This document shows, piece after piece, positions 54,634 through 63,788 of a stretch of 64,000 nucleotides of DNA. Position 1 is the first letter of the stretch; every line of letters begins with the position of its first letter. The translations under genes and the position numbers were made by a program. The stretch spans positions 7,689 to 71,688 of the forward strand of contig DCHT01000066.1 in NCBI GenBank assembly GCA_002314885.1, written 5' to 3'. The notes beneath the pieces were generated by a model. It saw only the letters and a program-made list of their open reading frames with translations. It searched no databases and was not told the origin of the DNA. The DNA comes from Bacteroidales bacterium UBA1745. GTDB taxonomy: Bacteria > Bacteroidota > Bacteroidia > Bacteroidales > UBA932.

Positions 54634-56718
54634 ATGAAAATCAAAACAGTGAATATTATCCTTACGTCTGTGCTGCTGGCATTTGCTTGTACAAAACCAG
54701 CGCCTGAAGAGCCGATTGCGTCATTTGATGGTCTCATTATCAATGAGGTGTGCCCAGCTCGCACTATTACGAAGACTTCCTGGATTGAGATTTATAATAC
54801 GACGGATACATCAATCAAGCTCAAAGGATTGAGGCTGGCTCTGACTGATGATGCAGTTACCGATGAGGTGATTGCAACATTGTCAGTCGGTCTGGTCGAA
54901 GCCGGTGGCTATTATGTCATTTCCTCTGAGGACGTGAAATTTTCACAGCCTATCCTTAAAGCAACCTTTGAGGAGGTTGCTATAGAGGATAAGAGTGGGG
55001 CAGTGATAGACAGCTTTTCAGCGAAATATGACTGTTCCTCTTCAACTGAGCTTGAGGATGGATATAGTTATGCTAGAGTTCCTGATATCTCAGGCAAATG
55101 GACAGTTACCAATGTCGCTACTCCAGGTGAGGCAAACTATAAGATCACTCCTTACACTCTTTCATCTCTTGTCATCAATGAGGTGAATCCGGCAGAAGGT
55201 TGGATTGAGATTGTGAACAACGCCAAGAAGAGTCAGAATCTTGAGTATGCCCATTTGGACAGTGCCAATGGCGACAGAATGTATACGTTCCCAGTTTCTT
55301 TCAAAGTTGAAGCTGGCGAGAGATTCGTCGTAGAGTGCGCTACCGGCCTGAACGGTTTTGTCCTCAATTCCAATGAGAATAAGAAAGTCGCCGAGTTCAG
55401 TTCGTCTGGCTTGGATACTCCCGCTGAAGGCGGAAGTTGGTCTCGACTCCCTGATATTACAGGTGATTTCAGAGTCGTATCGACAGCCACAAAGGGTGCT
55501 GTCAATTCAGATATAAAAACCACAACTGATGGCATTGTAATCAATGAATTCTGCGTCAGCGAAGGTTGGGTGGAGATAAGCAACAGTAATCTTGAATCTG
55601 CCGTAGTATCTCAATTGTTCCTCTACTATGCAGGAACCAAGGAAACTCTTGCGGCCACCATTGAACCTGCTACTCTGGTTTCCGGAGGTAAAATTGTCAA
55701 GGATGTCAATCTCAATTCCTGCACTGGTCTCGTTCTTCGTAATTCATCGGGAGCTTTAGTCGATAAGGTTGATTTCTCTGAAGTGAAGGGCAGTCTCCCT
55801 TCATCGGTGAAGGTCAGCAACAGTAGAATCCCTGATGGAACTGGTAACTTCTATGCAGTTCGAACCCTTTCAAAGGGCGAGAAGAACTATGGAATCAACC
55901 AGGATAACAACATTGCGCTATGGGTGCCTCAGTCTTCAACTCCAACTGTTGATCTTGAGGCTCTTTGCAAACTTGGATATGGTCAGATATTCCTCCACGA
56001 ATACGCATTCAGGAACTATGGTACAGAAAAGGTCAAGAGCCTTGTCACCCAGGCTGAATCTCTTGGTATGACTCTTCATATCTGGATGCAGTGTTTCTGG
56101 TGGAATGACGACATCAAGTGGCGTCTTCCTGTTATTGACAGGGTCGGCGACACACCTGCTCGATATAACCAAGAGCTCTTCACTGAGATTATCGAAAGAG
56201 CAAAGCCTTATGTCAATGCCGGTGTCCACGGTATTCACTTTGACTATATCCGTTTCGGTGGTACTGCCCAGAAACATTCATTCCCGGAGGATGGTATAAC
56301 CGGAGTTGGTGCAATTACCGAGTTCTGCCGCCAGGCAAATGTGGCTCTCAAAGCCTTGAATCCGAATTTGGTCCTTTCTGCTGCCGTTATGGGAGAGAAG
56401 GCCCCTCAGAACTCTTATGGTCAGGACATTTCTCAGATGAAGGATTACCTGGATGCTTTCCTCCCGATGGCATATATATCCTCATACAACTATACTCCTA
56501 CTGCCAATGCACAGGTTGCACAGTGGTTCAAGGATAGGGCAGGCAACTCAAAAGTATGGCACGGTGTGTCAACATATAACTCAAACACTCAGGGACTGTC
56601 TGCTGAGGAGATATATAACGATTGCAAGAATGTAGAGACCAATTCGACTGTCGATGGTGTCGCACTTTTCAGATATGGAATCGGCACTTTGCCTGATATG
56701 AATGACCTTTTCAAATAG
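54634..56718 (+). CDS. Lipoprotein with three lamin-tail-like domains and a C-terminal putative TIM-barrel glycoside hydrolase
   Basis: Lipobox AFAC; three INE(V/F)...W(I/V)EIxN...R.PD..G units; C-terminal IFLH, HIWMQ, GIHFDYIRF, LSAAVM, YGQD, PMAY, LFRYG. Confidence 0.82.
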   Translation: MKIKTVNIILTSVLLAFACTKPAPEEPIASFDGLIINEVCPARTITKTSWIEIYNTTDTSIKLKGLRLALTDDAVTDEVIATLSVGLVEAGGYYVISSEDVKFSQPILKATFEEVAIEDKSGAVIDSFSAKYDCSSSTELEDGYSYARVPDISGKWTVTNVATPGEANYKITPYTLSSLVINEVNPAEGWIEIVNNAKKSQNLEYAHLDSANGDRMYTFPVSFKVEAGERFVVECATGLNGFVLNSNENKKVAEFSSSGLDTPAEGGSWSRLPDITGDFRVVSTATKGAVNSDIKTTTDGIVINEFCVSEGWVEISNSNLESAVVSQLFLYYAGTKETLAATIEPATLVSGGKIVKDVNLNSCTGLVLRNSSGALVDKVDFSEVKGSLPSSVKVSNSRIPDGTGNFYAVRTLSKGEKNYGINQDNNIALWVPQSSTPTVDLEALCKLGYGQIFLHEYAFRNYGTEKVKSLVTQAESLGMTLHIWMQCFWWNDDIKWRLPVIDRVGDTPARYNQELFTEIIERAKPYVNAGVHGIHFDYIRFGGTAQKHSFPEDGITGVGAITEFCRQANVALKALNPNLVLSAAVMGEKAPQNSYGQDISQMKDYLDAFLPMAYISSYNYTPTANAQVAQWFKDRAGNSKVWHGVSTYNSNTQGLSAEEIYNDCKNVETNSTVDGVALFRYGIGTLPDMNDLFK

Positions 56719-56724
56719 AAATTT

Positions 56725-57573
56725 ATGATACTGATTGCGGATAGCGGTGCATCCAAGACTGATTGGGCTTGTGTTTCAAGAAATAGTAATAAACAGATAC
56801 GTTTTCAAAGTCTTGGCTACAATCCCAATTATATAACTGGTTCTCAGATTATTTCGGACATTCTACAGAATATTCCGTCTGAATTGAAGGTAGAGTCTGT
56901 AAAAGAGATATATTTCTACGGTGCGGGAGTAACTGAATTGCAATATCCTTTTATGGAAGAAACTCTCAGGACTGTTTTTACAAAAGCTGAAACAGTGTTC
57001 ATTGCAATGGACACCCTCGCATCTTGCAGAGCGCTTCTTCAGGATAAACCTGGTTTTGCTGCAATTCTTGGGACAGGTGCGAACTCGTGTCTCTATGATG
57101 GCAAGAACGAGGGACTGAATGTGGATTCGTGCGGTTTCATACTTGGTGATGAAGGATCAGGAGGAAATCTCGGAAAAAGATTGATTACAGACTATATACG
57201 TCGCAATATGCCTGCGAAAGTATATGATCTGGTGGGTGAGGAACTTGGTATGAACAACGATGAACTCATTGACCAGATATATACAAAGCCATATCCTAAC
57301 AGGTTCTGCGCTCAGTATGCAAAGTTCATCAATGAGAATCTTGACACTGATCCTTATTTCAAGGAACTTGCAATTGATGCGTTCCGTCAGTTTTTCAAGT
57401 TGATTGTTACTCATTATCCTGACTATCAGACATATAAGTTCAATGCGGTCGGATCCGTTGCCTATTATTTCAAACCTATCCTTGAGAATGTCGTAAATGA
57501 ATTCGGAATGGAGATGGGAAATATACTTAAGGCTCCAATGGACGGGCTTGTCATTTACCATCTCAACAATTAG
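56725..57573 (+). CDS. BadF/BadG-type N-acetyl-amino-sugar kinase
   Basis: ILIADSGASKTDW, FYGAG, ILGTGAN, GFILGDEGSG, GSVAYYF. Confidence 0.9.
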   Translation: MILIADSGASKTDWACVSRNSNKQIRFQSLGYNPNYITGSQIISDILQNIPSELKVESVKEIYFYGAGVTELQYPFMEETLRTVFTKAETVFIAMDTLASCRALLQDKPGFAAILGTGANSCLYDGKNEGLNVDSCGFILGDEGSGGNLGKRLITDYIRRNMPAKVYDLVGEELGMNNDELIDQIYTKPYPNRFCAQYAKFINENLDTDPYFKELAIDAFRQFFKLIVTHYPDYQTYKFNAVGSVAYYFKPILENVVNEFGMEMGNILKAPMDGLVIYHLNN

Positions 57574-57579
57574 TCAAGT

Positions 57580-58770
57580 ATGAAAAACAAATTCATCATT
57601 CCTCTTGCATTCATTGGGACGATGTTCTTCACAGTTGGTTTCGCTACCGGAATCAATGGCTATTTTGTTCCATTTCTTGAGACCAACCTGAATCTCAGCT
57701 CGACACAGAGTTATCTGGTGATTGCCGCCACTTTCATCGCGTTTCTCGTATTCAGTTTTCCTGCTTCCTCCATTATTAATCGCATAGGCTATAAACATAC
57801 GATGTCGCTTGCCTTCTTTATGTTTGCTATTGCCTTTGCGATGTTCATCCCCGCAGCACGATTCGAAAGTTTTGCATTATATCTTGCTGCTTGTTTTGTC
57901 AGTGGAACAGCAAACACTGTTCTCCAGGCCGCTATGAACCCGTATGTGACAATACTCGGACCTCTTGACAGTGCAGCCAGGAGAATTTCGATAATGGGAA
58001 TATGTAATTCCATTGCCCTCAGCCTTCCATCTGTCTTCATTGCTGCTGTTACCAGAAAAAGCATTGATGATGTAACTCTTGGCGATCTTGACGTTCCTTT
58101 TTATATCATTATCGCCGTAGTGACTCTCCTCGGTATCGCTACCTTCTTTGCTCCGCTTGAGGAAATCAAGGCAGAAGGCGAGGAGAATGAAGAAGATTGC
58201 CCTTATGCTGCCGGCAAGAAATCAATCTGGCAGTTCCCGCATCTTGTACTTGGTGCGTTGGCTTTGTTTGTCTACGTCGGAGTTGAGAATCTAGCTCTCT
58301 TGACAGTTCTTGACTATGCCCAGGACCTTGGCCTGTCAAATCCTGAAAAATACACGATATTTCCAGGTATCGGAATGGCTGTCGGCTACATCATTGGCAT
58401 CTTGACTATCCCTAAATACATTTCTCAGGTTAAGGCTCTGAGAATCTGCACTTGGGCTGCAGTCATTGATTCAATACTCATAGTGCTGACTCCGGGTTAT
58501 ATTTCTGTTTGGTGCGTTGCTATTTTGAGCCTTGCTTGTTCCCTTATGTATCCTGCAATCTGGCCTCTTGCGATTACAGATCTAGGCAAGTTTACCAAAA
58601 AGGGTTCTTCATTGCTTGTCGCATCCATTGGTGGAGGAGCATTAATTCCGCTTCTTTTTGGGGCTATCAAGGATTGGGCTGGCAGCCAGAGTGCATATTG
58701 GATATGCCTGCCGTTCTATCTTCTTATTATGTTCTACGCCTACAAAGGTTATAAAATCCGAACTAAATAA
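57580..58770 (+). CDS. MFS sugar transporter (FucP/GluP-like)
   Basis: ATFIAF, RIGYK, LQAAMNPYV, ALFVYVGVE, GGALIP. Confidence 0.92.
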   Translation: MKNKFIIPLAFIGTMFFTVGFATGINGYFVPFLETNLNLSSTQSYLVIAATFIAFLVFSFPASSIINRIGYKHTMSLAFFMFAIAFAMFIPAARFESFALYLAACFVSGTANTVLQAAMNPYVTILGPLDSAARRISIMGICNSIALSLPSVFIAAVTRKSIDDVTLGDLDVPFYIIIAVVTLLGIATFFAPLEEIKAEGEENEEDCPYAAGKKSIWQFPHLVLGALALFVYVGVENLALLTVLDYAQDLGLSNPEKYTIFPGIGMAVGYIIGILTIPKYISQVKALRICTWAAVIDSILIVLTPGYISVWCVAILSLACSLMYPAIWPLAITDLGKFTKKGSSLLVASIGGGALIPLLFGAIKDWAGSQSAYWICLPFYLLIMFYAYKGYKIRTK

Positions 58771-59867
58771 TGAAACGAAACCTGATCGCAATTGCGCTGT
58801 TGCTTATTCAATCAGCGATACTCAACATGTTTGCCTGCACTACAGCCATCGTAGGGCCAGGCGCAAGTCAGAGTGGTAAGCCGATGATATGGAAGCAAAG
58901 AGACACCGACAATCCTTCCAATGTTATCGTGTACATACCGGCGACTGAATCAACATTGGCCTATACTGCATTGTTCAAGGCCGGTAATCTTGAAAGAACA
59001 GCAGCGTATGGTGGTCAGAACAGCGCTGGCTTTGCGATTTTGAACAATGTTTCATACAATCTTGCCACCAGTAAATATGATCCTTTGAATGGTTCAGTTA
59101 TGCGTCTGGCATTGGAATCCTGCGCGACAGTTGATGAGTTTGAGTCTATGTTGATGGAGATGTCTCCAAGGCAATGTGCCGCCAATTTTGCGGTTCTTGA
59201 TGCGACTGGTGCGTGTGCATATATCGAAGCGGCAGATTCTTCAGTAGTCAGATATGATGTACCTGAGGATGGCTGGTTGGTTCGTTCGAATTTCTCTGTT
59301 GCCGGAAGTGAAGATGGTCCGTCTGGATATGCCCGTTATCAGTCTGCTCATAAATTAATGAGTCGACATCACGGTAAGTTTGCTCCTTCATTCTTCATAG
59401 ATAAGATGGGTCGTTCTTTCTATAATGATGTCTTGGGATATGATGCATCGAAGTGGGGCCGCCGCCGATATGTCTACGACGAGGACTTCATAGCAAGACC
59501 TTCTTCCACTGCAAGTATCTGTATTGATGGTGACCAGATCTGGGCTGCAGTTGGATACACTCCAGGTGCTATGATGGTTCCATTCTGTGTGAATGATGGA
59601 GATGTTATCCCCAATTGCATAAAAGCAACTGAGGAACTTGAGGGAAGATGTGCCTCTAACGATCTTGCTATTGAGTTGAAAGCGAAAATGCATCCTTTCC
59701 CTCGTGATGGTGCAAAGAAATACATTGATTTCAAGGTATTCCGCTCAGTCAGAAAAACTATTAGGAAATATGAAAAGAAATGCATCGACCTGTACAAGAG
59801 GGGAGAAGCGGATGCAAGTAGCATCGATGCACTCTTCGAGCAATTCAGAATGGAGATGAATGGATGA
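58770..59867 (+). CDS. Exported Ntn-hydrolase (C45/C69-like cysteine amidase)
   Basis: Signal peptide followed directly by CTTAIV (N-terminal Cys nucleophile); WKQRD, GQNSAGFAILN, NFAVLD, RSNF. Confidence 0.82.
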   Translation: MKRNLIAIALLLIQSAILNMFACTTAIVGPGASQSGKPMIWKQRDTDNPSNVIVYIPATESTLAYTALFKAGNLERTAAYGGQNSAGFAILNNVSYNLATSKYDPLNGSVMRLALESCATVDEFESMLMEMSPRQCAANFAVLDATGACAYIEAADSSVVRYDVPEDGWLVRSNFSVAGSEDGPSGYARYQSAHKLMSRHHGKFAPSFFIDKMGRSFYNDVLGYDASKWGRRRYVYDEDFIARPSSTASICIDGDQIWAAVGYTPGAMMVPFCVNDGDVIPNCIKATEELEGRCASNDLAIELKAKMHPFPRDGAKKYIDFKVFRSVRKTIRKYEKKCIDLYKRGEADASSIDALFEQFRMEMNG

Positions 59868-61333
59868 ATATGAATACAAGAATTTTAGCCGTCGTGATGC
59901 TCCTATTGGCAATCAGTCCAAGCACGGAAGCTCGTAAAAGTAAGAAAGAAAACAGAATGACGAGTGCAGGAATTACGTACCTGGACTCGTCTTATGGCGT
60001 TTATGATGCCCTCAGTAAAGAGATTCACGCTTATGCTGAGGTCGGTTACCAGGAGTATAAGAGTTCTGCTGCCCTGATTGCTCATCTTGAGTCAAATGGA
60101 TTTACTGTTGAGAAAGGGGTCGCTGGTATTCCGACTGCATTTGTTGCTCGTTTCGGACAAGGCAGTCCTGTCATTGGAATTATGGCTGAGTATGATGCTC
60201 TACCTGGTCTGGCCCAGGAAGTAGTTCCGTATAAATGCGCTCCTGCCGGAGGCGGGGCCGGTCACGGATGTGGGCACAATTTGCTTGGTACAGGTGCTGT
60301 AGCCGGCGCAGTCGCTATCAGCAAGTACCTCGCAGAGGGACATCAAGGTACCATCTGCCTCTTTGGCTGTCCAGCTGAAGAAGGTGGGGGAGGAAAGGCT
60401 TATATGATGCGAGAAGCTTGTTTTGATGGTCTTGACGCTATGCTGGATTGGCATCCAGATGCTCAGATAACGGTAAATGACAAGACCGGCCTGGCGAATG
60501 TTCAGGTCAGGTTTGCATTCAAAGGAAAATCTGCTCACGCGTCTGGGGCCCCAGAGAATGGACGCAGTGCGCTGGACGCTGTGGAGGCTTTCGATTATAT
60601 GATGAATCTTATGAGGGAACATATCCCTTCGGATTCCCGTATCCATTATGTGATTACCAATGGTGGAAAGGCGCCTAATGTAGTGCCAGATTTTGCTGAG
60701 GTTGTGTATTACTTCAGAAATCCAAACAGGGAAGTTGTCAGAGATATCTTCGAGCGTGCCGTAAAGGCTGCTGAAGGCGCAGCTTTAGGAACCGGAACTA
60801 GTATGGAATATGAGGTACTCTCCGGTAATTATGAGAGACTTCCAAACAATGTACTTTCGGATCTGATATTCAGAAATTTAGAGGCTGTCGGTGGAATTCA
60901 GTACGACGAATCAGAAATGGCCTTTGCTCTTGAAATGATGAAAAACAGTGGCGTTATAGACACTGATGCTGCTCTGAGGAAGATATCTTCAGTCATCCCT
61001 GCCACTGAGAATAAACTCAGTCAGTGGGTATCCAGCGATGTCGGCAATGTGACTTGGGCTGTACCTACCGGCAGTTTCCGAATGGCGGCCTTTGTTCCTG
61101 CAGGAAGCGGACATTGCTGGCAACAGGTTGCAAGCGCAGGTATGAGTATAGGAACTAAAGGTCTTATGGCGGCAGCAAGGGTATTTTACCTTACTGCATT
61201 CGATCTTCTGACGAATCCTGCACTTGTTTCTGCAGCAAAGGCTGAATTTGACCAAAAGAGAGGAGCTGACTTTGAATTCAAACCCCTTATGGGCGATCGT
61301 GTACCACCGTTTGACTATCAACTTGGGAAATAA
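59864..61333 (+). CDS. Exported M20 amidohydrolase (AbgB-like acyl-glutamate hydrolase family)
   Basis: Signal peptide; EYDALPG, GHGCGHN, GCPAEEGGGGK, WHP, GRSALDA, SSDVGNVTW. Confidence 0.9.
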   Translation: MNMNTRILAVVMLLLAISPSTEARKSKKENRMTSAGITYLDSSYGVYDALSKEIHAYAEVGYQEYKSSAALIAHLESNGFTVEKGVAGIPTAFVARFGQGSPVIGIMAEYDALPGLAQEVVPYKCAPAGGGAGHGCGHNLLGTGAVAGAVAISKYLAEGHQGTICLFGCPAEEGGGGKAYMMREACFDGLDAMLDWHPDAQITVNDKTGLANVQVRFAFKGKSAHASGAPENGRSALDAVEAFDYMMNLMREHIPSDSRIHYVITNGGKAPNVVPDFAEVVYYFRNPNREVVRDIFERAVKAAEGAALGTGTSMEYEVLSGNYERLPNNVLSDLIFRNLEAVGGIQYDESEMAFALEMMKNSGVIDTDAALRKISSVIPATENKLSQWVSSDVGNVTWAVPTGSFRMAAFVPAGSGHCWQQVASAGMSIGTKGLMAAARVFYLTAFDLLTNPALVSAAKAEFDQKRGADFEFKPLMGDRVPPFDYQLGK

Positions 61334-62646
61334 TGCGTAGATTCTCTTGCCTAATCTTTGTTGCGTTTTTCGCACTGTGTTCCTGTGGCACTCGCGACCG
61401 TTCCATCTATGCTGATCTGCTTTCATCATTGGAAGAAAACGCTTATGTTGGAGATGATTTCCTTAACGAGGATATTCGTACTGTTGTGAGAGACTGGTCC
61501 GTCGTTCTTGATACGAGTATGACCTATCGAGTTCATACAACTGGACTGACGGATCAGATGAAGTCCGGTCGTTGCTGGCTCTTCTCGACATTGAATATCC
61601 TGCGTGCCGAAGCTATCGAAAGGGAAGGGTTAGGAGAGTTTTATTTTTCGCAGACGTATGGACAGTTCTATGATATTCTTGAAAAGTCAAATCGTTTTCT
61701 TGAGAATGTCATTGACTATAGTAACCACCCTTTGAATTCCCGTGCGAATGAATGGCTTTTCAAAAAACCTATCGGTGACGGAGGACAGTTTGTAAATGCC
61801 GCGCACCTTATTGATAAATATGGAGTTGTGCCTGTGGAAGCGATGCCTGAACGTTATAGCAGTACGGACAACAGACGCTTGATGCTGACAGTTTGCGACT
61901 TGCTTCGCAAATATGGGCTGGAACTTCGCGATGCTCACGAAAGCGAACTTCAGGGGGTTAAATTGCAGGCATTATCCGACATCTATCGACTGCTCTCAGC
62001 TTGCCTTGGTAATCCTCCACAGGCGTTCGAATGGGAAGGGGAGACATATACTCCGCAGAGTTTCAGAGATAAGTTCATACTCCACGATATGGAGAATGAC
62101 TATGCTGTCTTTATGAATCTTCCAACTCGTAGGTTTTATCGGATGTATGAAGTGGAGAATAACAGAAATTGTTATGAATATGGTAATTGGACATTCCAGA
62201 ATGTTCCTATCTCTACAATATCTGCAATTGCGGTCGAGTCGTTGAAGAACGGAAGGATGTTCTATGTTTCAGCCGACACAGAACACGATAATCTAGATGC
62301 GGAAGGTATCTATGATATCCGTTCTTTTGCTGCTATTGACTCTTTGCTTGGAATTCACACAGCAATGGAAAAGCTTGAACAGATTCGAAGTGGTGAATCC
62401 CGCTCAGTCCACGCTATTGCAGTCGCTGGAGTACGACTTGATGCCAATGGTAATCCAGAGTCTTGGCTAGTAGAAAACAGTTACGGCTCCGCTCGTGGAG
62501 CTGACGGATATATTACATTCAGCAATGCCTGGTTTGAAAAGTATCTCTACCGTGCAGTGTTCGAGAAACGTTTTGTGCCAGAGGACATTCTTTCAAATTT
62601 CTCAAAGAAACCGTCTTCTATTCCTGCTTGGAATTATATATTCTAG
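61333..62646 (+). CDS. C1B cysteine aminopeptidase (PepC/bleomycin hydrolase-like), lipoprotein
   Basis: DQMKSGRCWLF (oxyanion Gln and Cys), DGGQ, KYGVVP, VHAI (His), VENSYG (Asn); lipobox LCSC. Confidence 0.92.
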   Translation: MRRFSCLIFVAFFALCSCGTRDRSIYADLLSSLEENAYVGDDFLNEDIRTVVRDWSVVLDTSMTYRVHTTGLTDQMKSGRCWLFSTLNILRAEAIEREGLGEFYFSQTYGQFYDILEKSNRFLENVIDYSNHPLNSRANEWLFKKPIGDGGQFVNAAHLIDKYGVVPVEAMPERYSSTDNRRLMLTVCDLLRKYGLELRDAHESELQGVKLQALSDIYRLLSACLGNPPQAFEWEGETYTPQSFRDKFILHDMENDYAVFMNLPTRRFYRMYEVENNRNCYEYGNWTFQNVPISTISAIAVESLKNGRMFYVSADTEHDNLDAEGIYDIRSFAAIDSLLGIHTAMEKLEQIRSGESRSVHAIAVAGVRLDANGNPESWLVENSYGSARGADGYITFSNAWFEKYLYRAVFEKRFVPEDILSNFSKKPSSIPAWNYIF

Positions 62647-63703
62647 ATTTCAATATACTCTTGAACAATGCGACCTGGTTGCGTGTACGAACTAGGTTGT
62701 GCTCCGGGTACTGAATCTTATAATAGGTGTCGCCGTTGATGTAGTCTGCGAAGAAGCGGACTGCCTGCATATATGGGAACAGGGCGGCGGCGTATGGAAG
62801 ATTTTCTATTTCAATCGGAGTGAGGAAGGAGCCGGCTGACTCGAGATAACCCTTGCGGAAGGCTTCGTAGATGTCCATCCTGAAGGCGACCTTTTCGATT
62901 GCCGGATCGTCTTCTGCAACAGTATTTGCGGCGGTTCTGAGGAAGTCTCCGAAGTCCGAGAATATGAAGCTAGGCATCACTGTGTCGAGGTCGATGACGC
63001 AGAGGACATTGTCGTCCTTGTCGAAGAGGATGTTGTTGACCTTAGGGTCGCAGTGGCAGATGCGCTTTGGCAGCTTGCCTTCGCGGTAGAGCCTTTCGGC
63101 CTTGCACATTTCCTCGTCATATTCATTGAGGAAGGCGAGGATTTCCTGGACTTCAGGCTCGCTCATACGGCCCACGGCGTCCTTTGCTACGGCTTCCTTG
63201 AGCTGACGGGAGCGCAGTTCCATATTGTGGAAGTCAGGAATGGTCTCTCCGAGCGTCTCAGGCACATCGACGAGCTGCTGCTCGAACTTGCCTATGGCCT
63301 TGCCGGTGTAGTAGGAGGTCTCAGGATTGACTTCGTCCTTGGTGACTGAATCCGGAATCAGGACAGTCATTCTCCAATAACCGCTGTCGTCCTTGTACCA
63401 GGACTTGTTGCCGTCCTTGACTGGCACGACTGTGAGGACCTTTCGGTCGATGTCGTCGGCGCCTTCAGCCACGAGTTTGCCCCTGATGTGGCTGGTGACG
63501 ACTTCGATGTTATGCTGGAGGAGTTCGACATCCTGGAAGATGGCGTTGTTGATTCTCTGCAGCACATATTCCGTCGGCTGGCCTTCTATCTTCACGCGGA
63601 AGGTGTCGTTGATGAGTCCTTTGCCGAGAGGTTCCACTGCAGCGACTGCTCCTGCAATCGCGAACTGTCCAGCTATCTGAACGAGGTCTTTCCTTGATTC
63701 CAT
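62618..63703 (-). CDS. APH-like phosphotransferase (N-acetylhexosamine 1-kinase-like)
   Basis: GKGLINDT, VLQRIN, ETIPDFH, HCDPKVNN, VIDLDTVMP, DFGD, RFFADY.NGD.YY. Confidence 0.88.
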   Translation of the reverse strand: MESRKDLVQIAGQFAIAGAVAAVEPLGKGLINDTFRVKIEGQPTEYVLQRINNAIFQDVELLQHNIEVVTSHIRGKLVAEGADDIDRKVLTVVPVKDGNKSWYKDDSGYWRMTVLIPDSVTKDEVNPETSYYTGKAIGKFEQQLVDVPETLGETIPDFHNMELRSRQLKEAVAKDAVGRMSEPEVQEILAFLNEYDEEMCKAERLYREGKLPKRICHCDPKVNNILFDKDDNVLCVIDLDTVMPSFIFSDFGDFLRTAANTVAEDDPAIEKVAFRMDIYEAFRKGYLESAGSFLTPIEIENLPYAAALFPYMQAVRFFADYINGDTYYKIQYPEHNLVRTRNQVALFKSILKSRIYNSKQE

Positions 63704-63788
63704 ATAATTATATGTCAAATGTCTATATACAAATATGGTAAAAATATCTTAATCTACCTATCTTTGTTGAGACCAATTTAACAAGAAG

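Noticed and set aside
44899-58770. Reading the PUL as a plain chitin or host N-glycan locus
   Set aside because: No GH18, GH92 or GH29 genes were recognised, and this reading does not explain the PMBR-like lipoproteins, the transglutaminase-like protease, the MurQ homolog or the peptidases. Bacterial murein recycling remains a live alternative.
38913-62646. Calling the PUL a mobile element (ICE, prophage or transposon)
   Set aside because: No integrase, transposase, tRNA target or flanking direct repeat was found; the only evidence is compositional.
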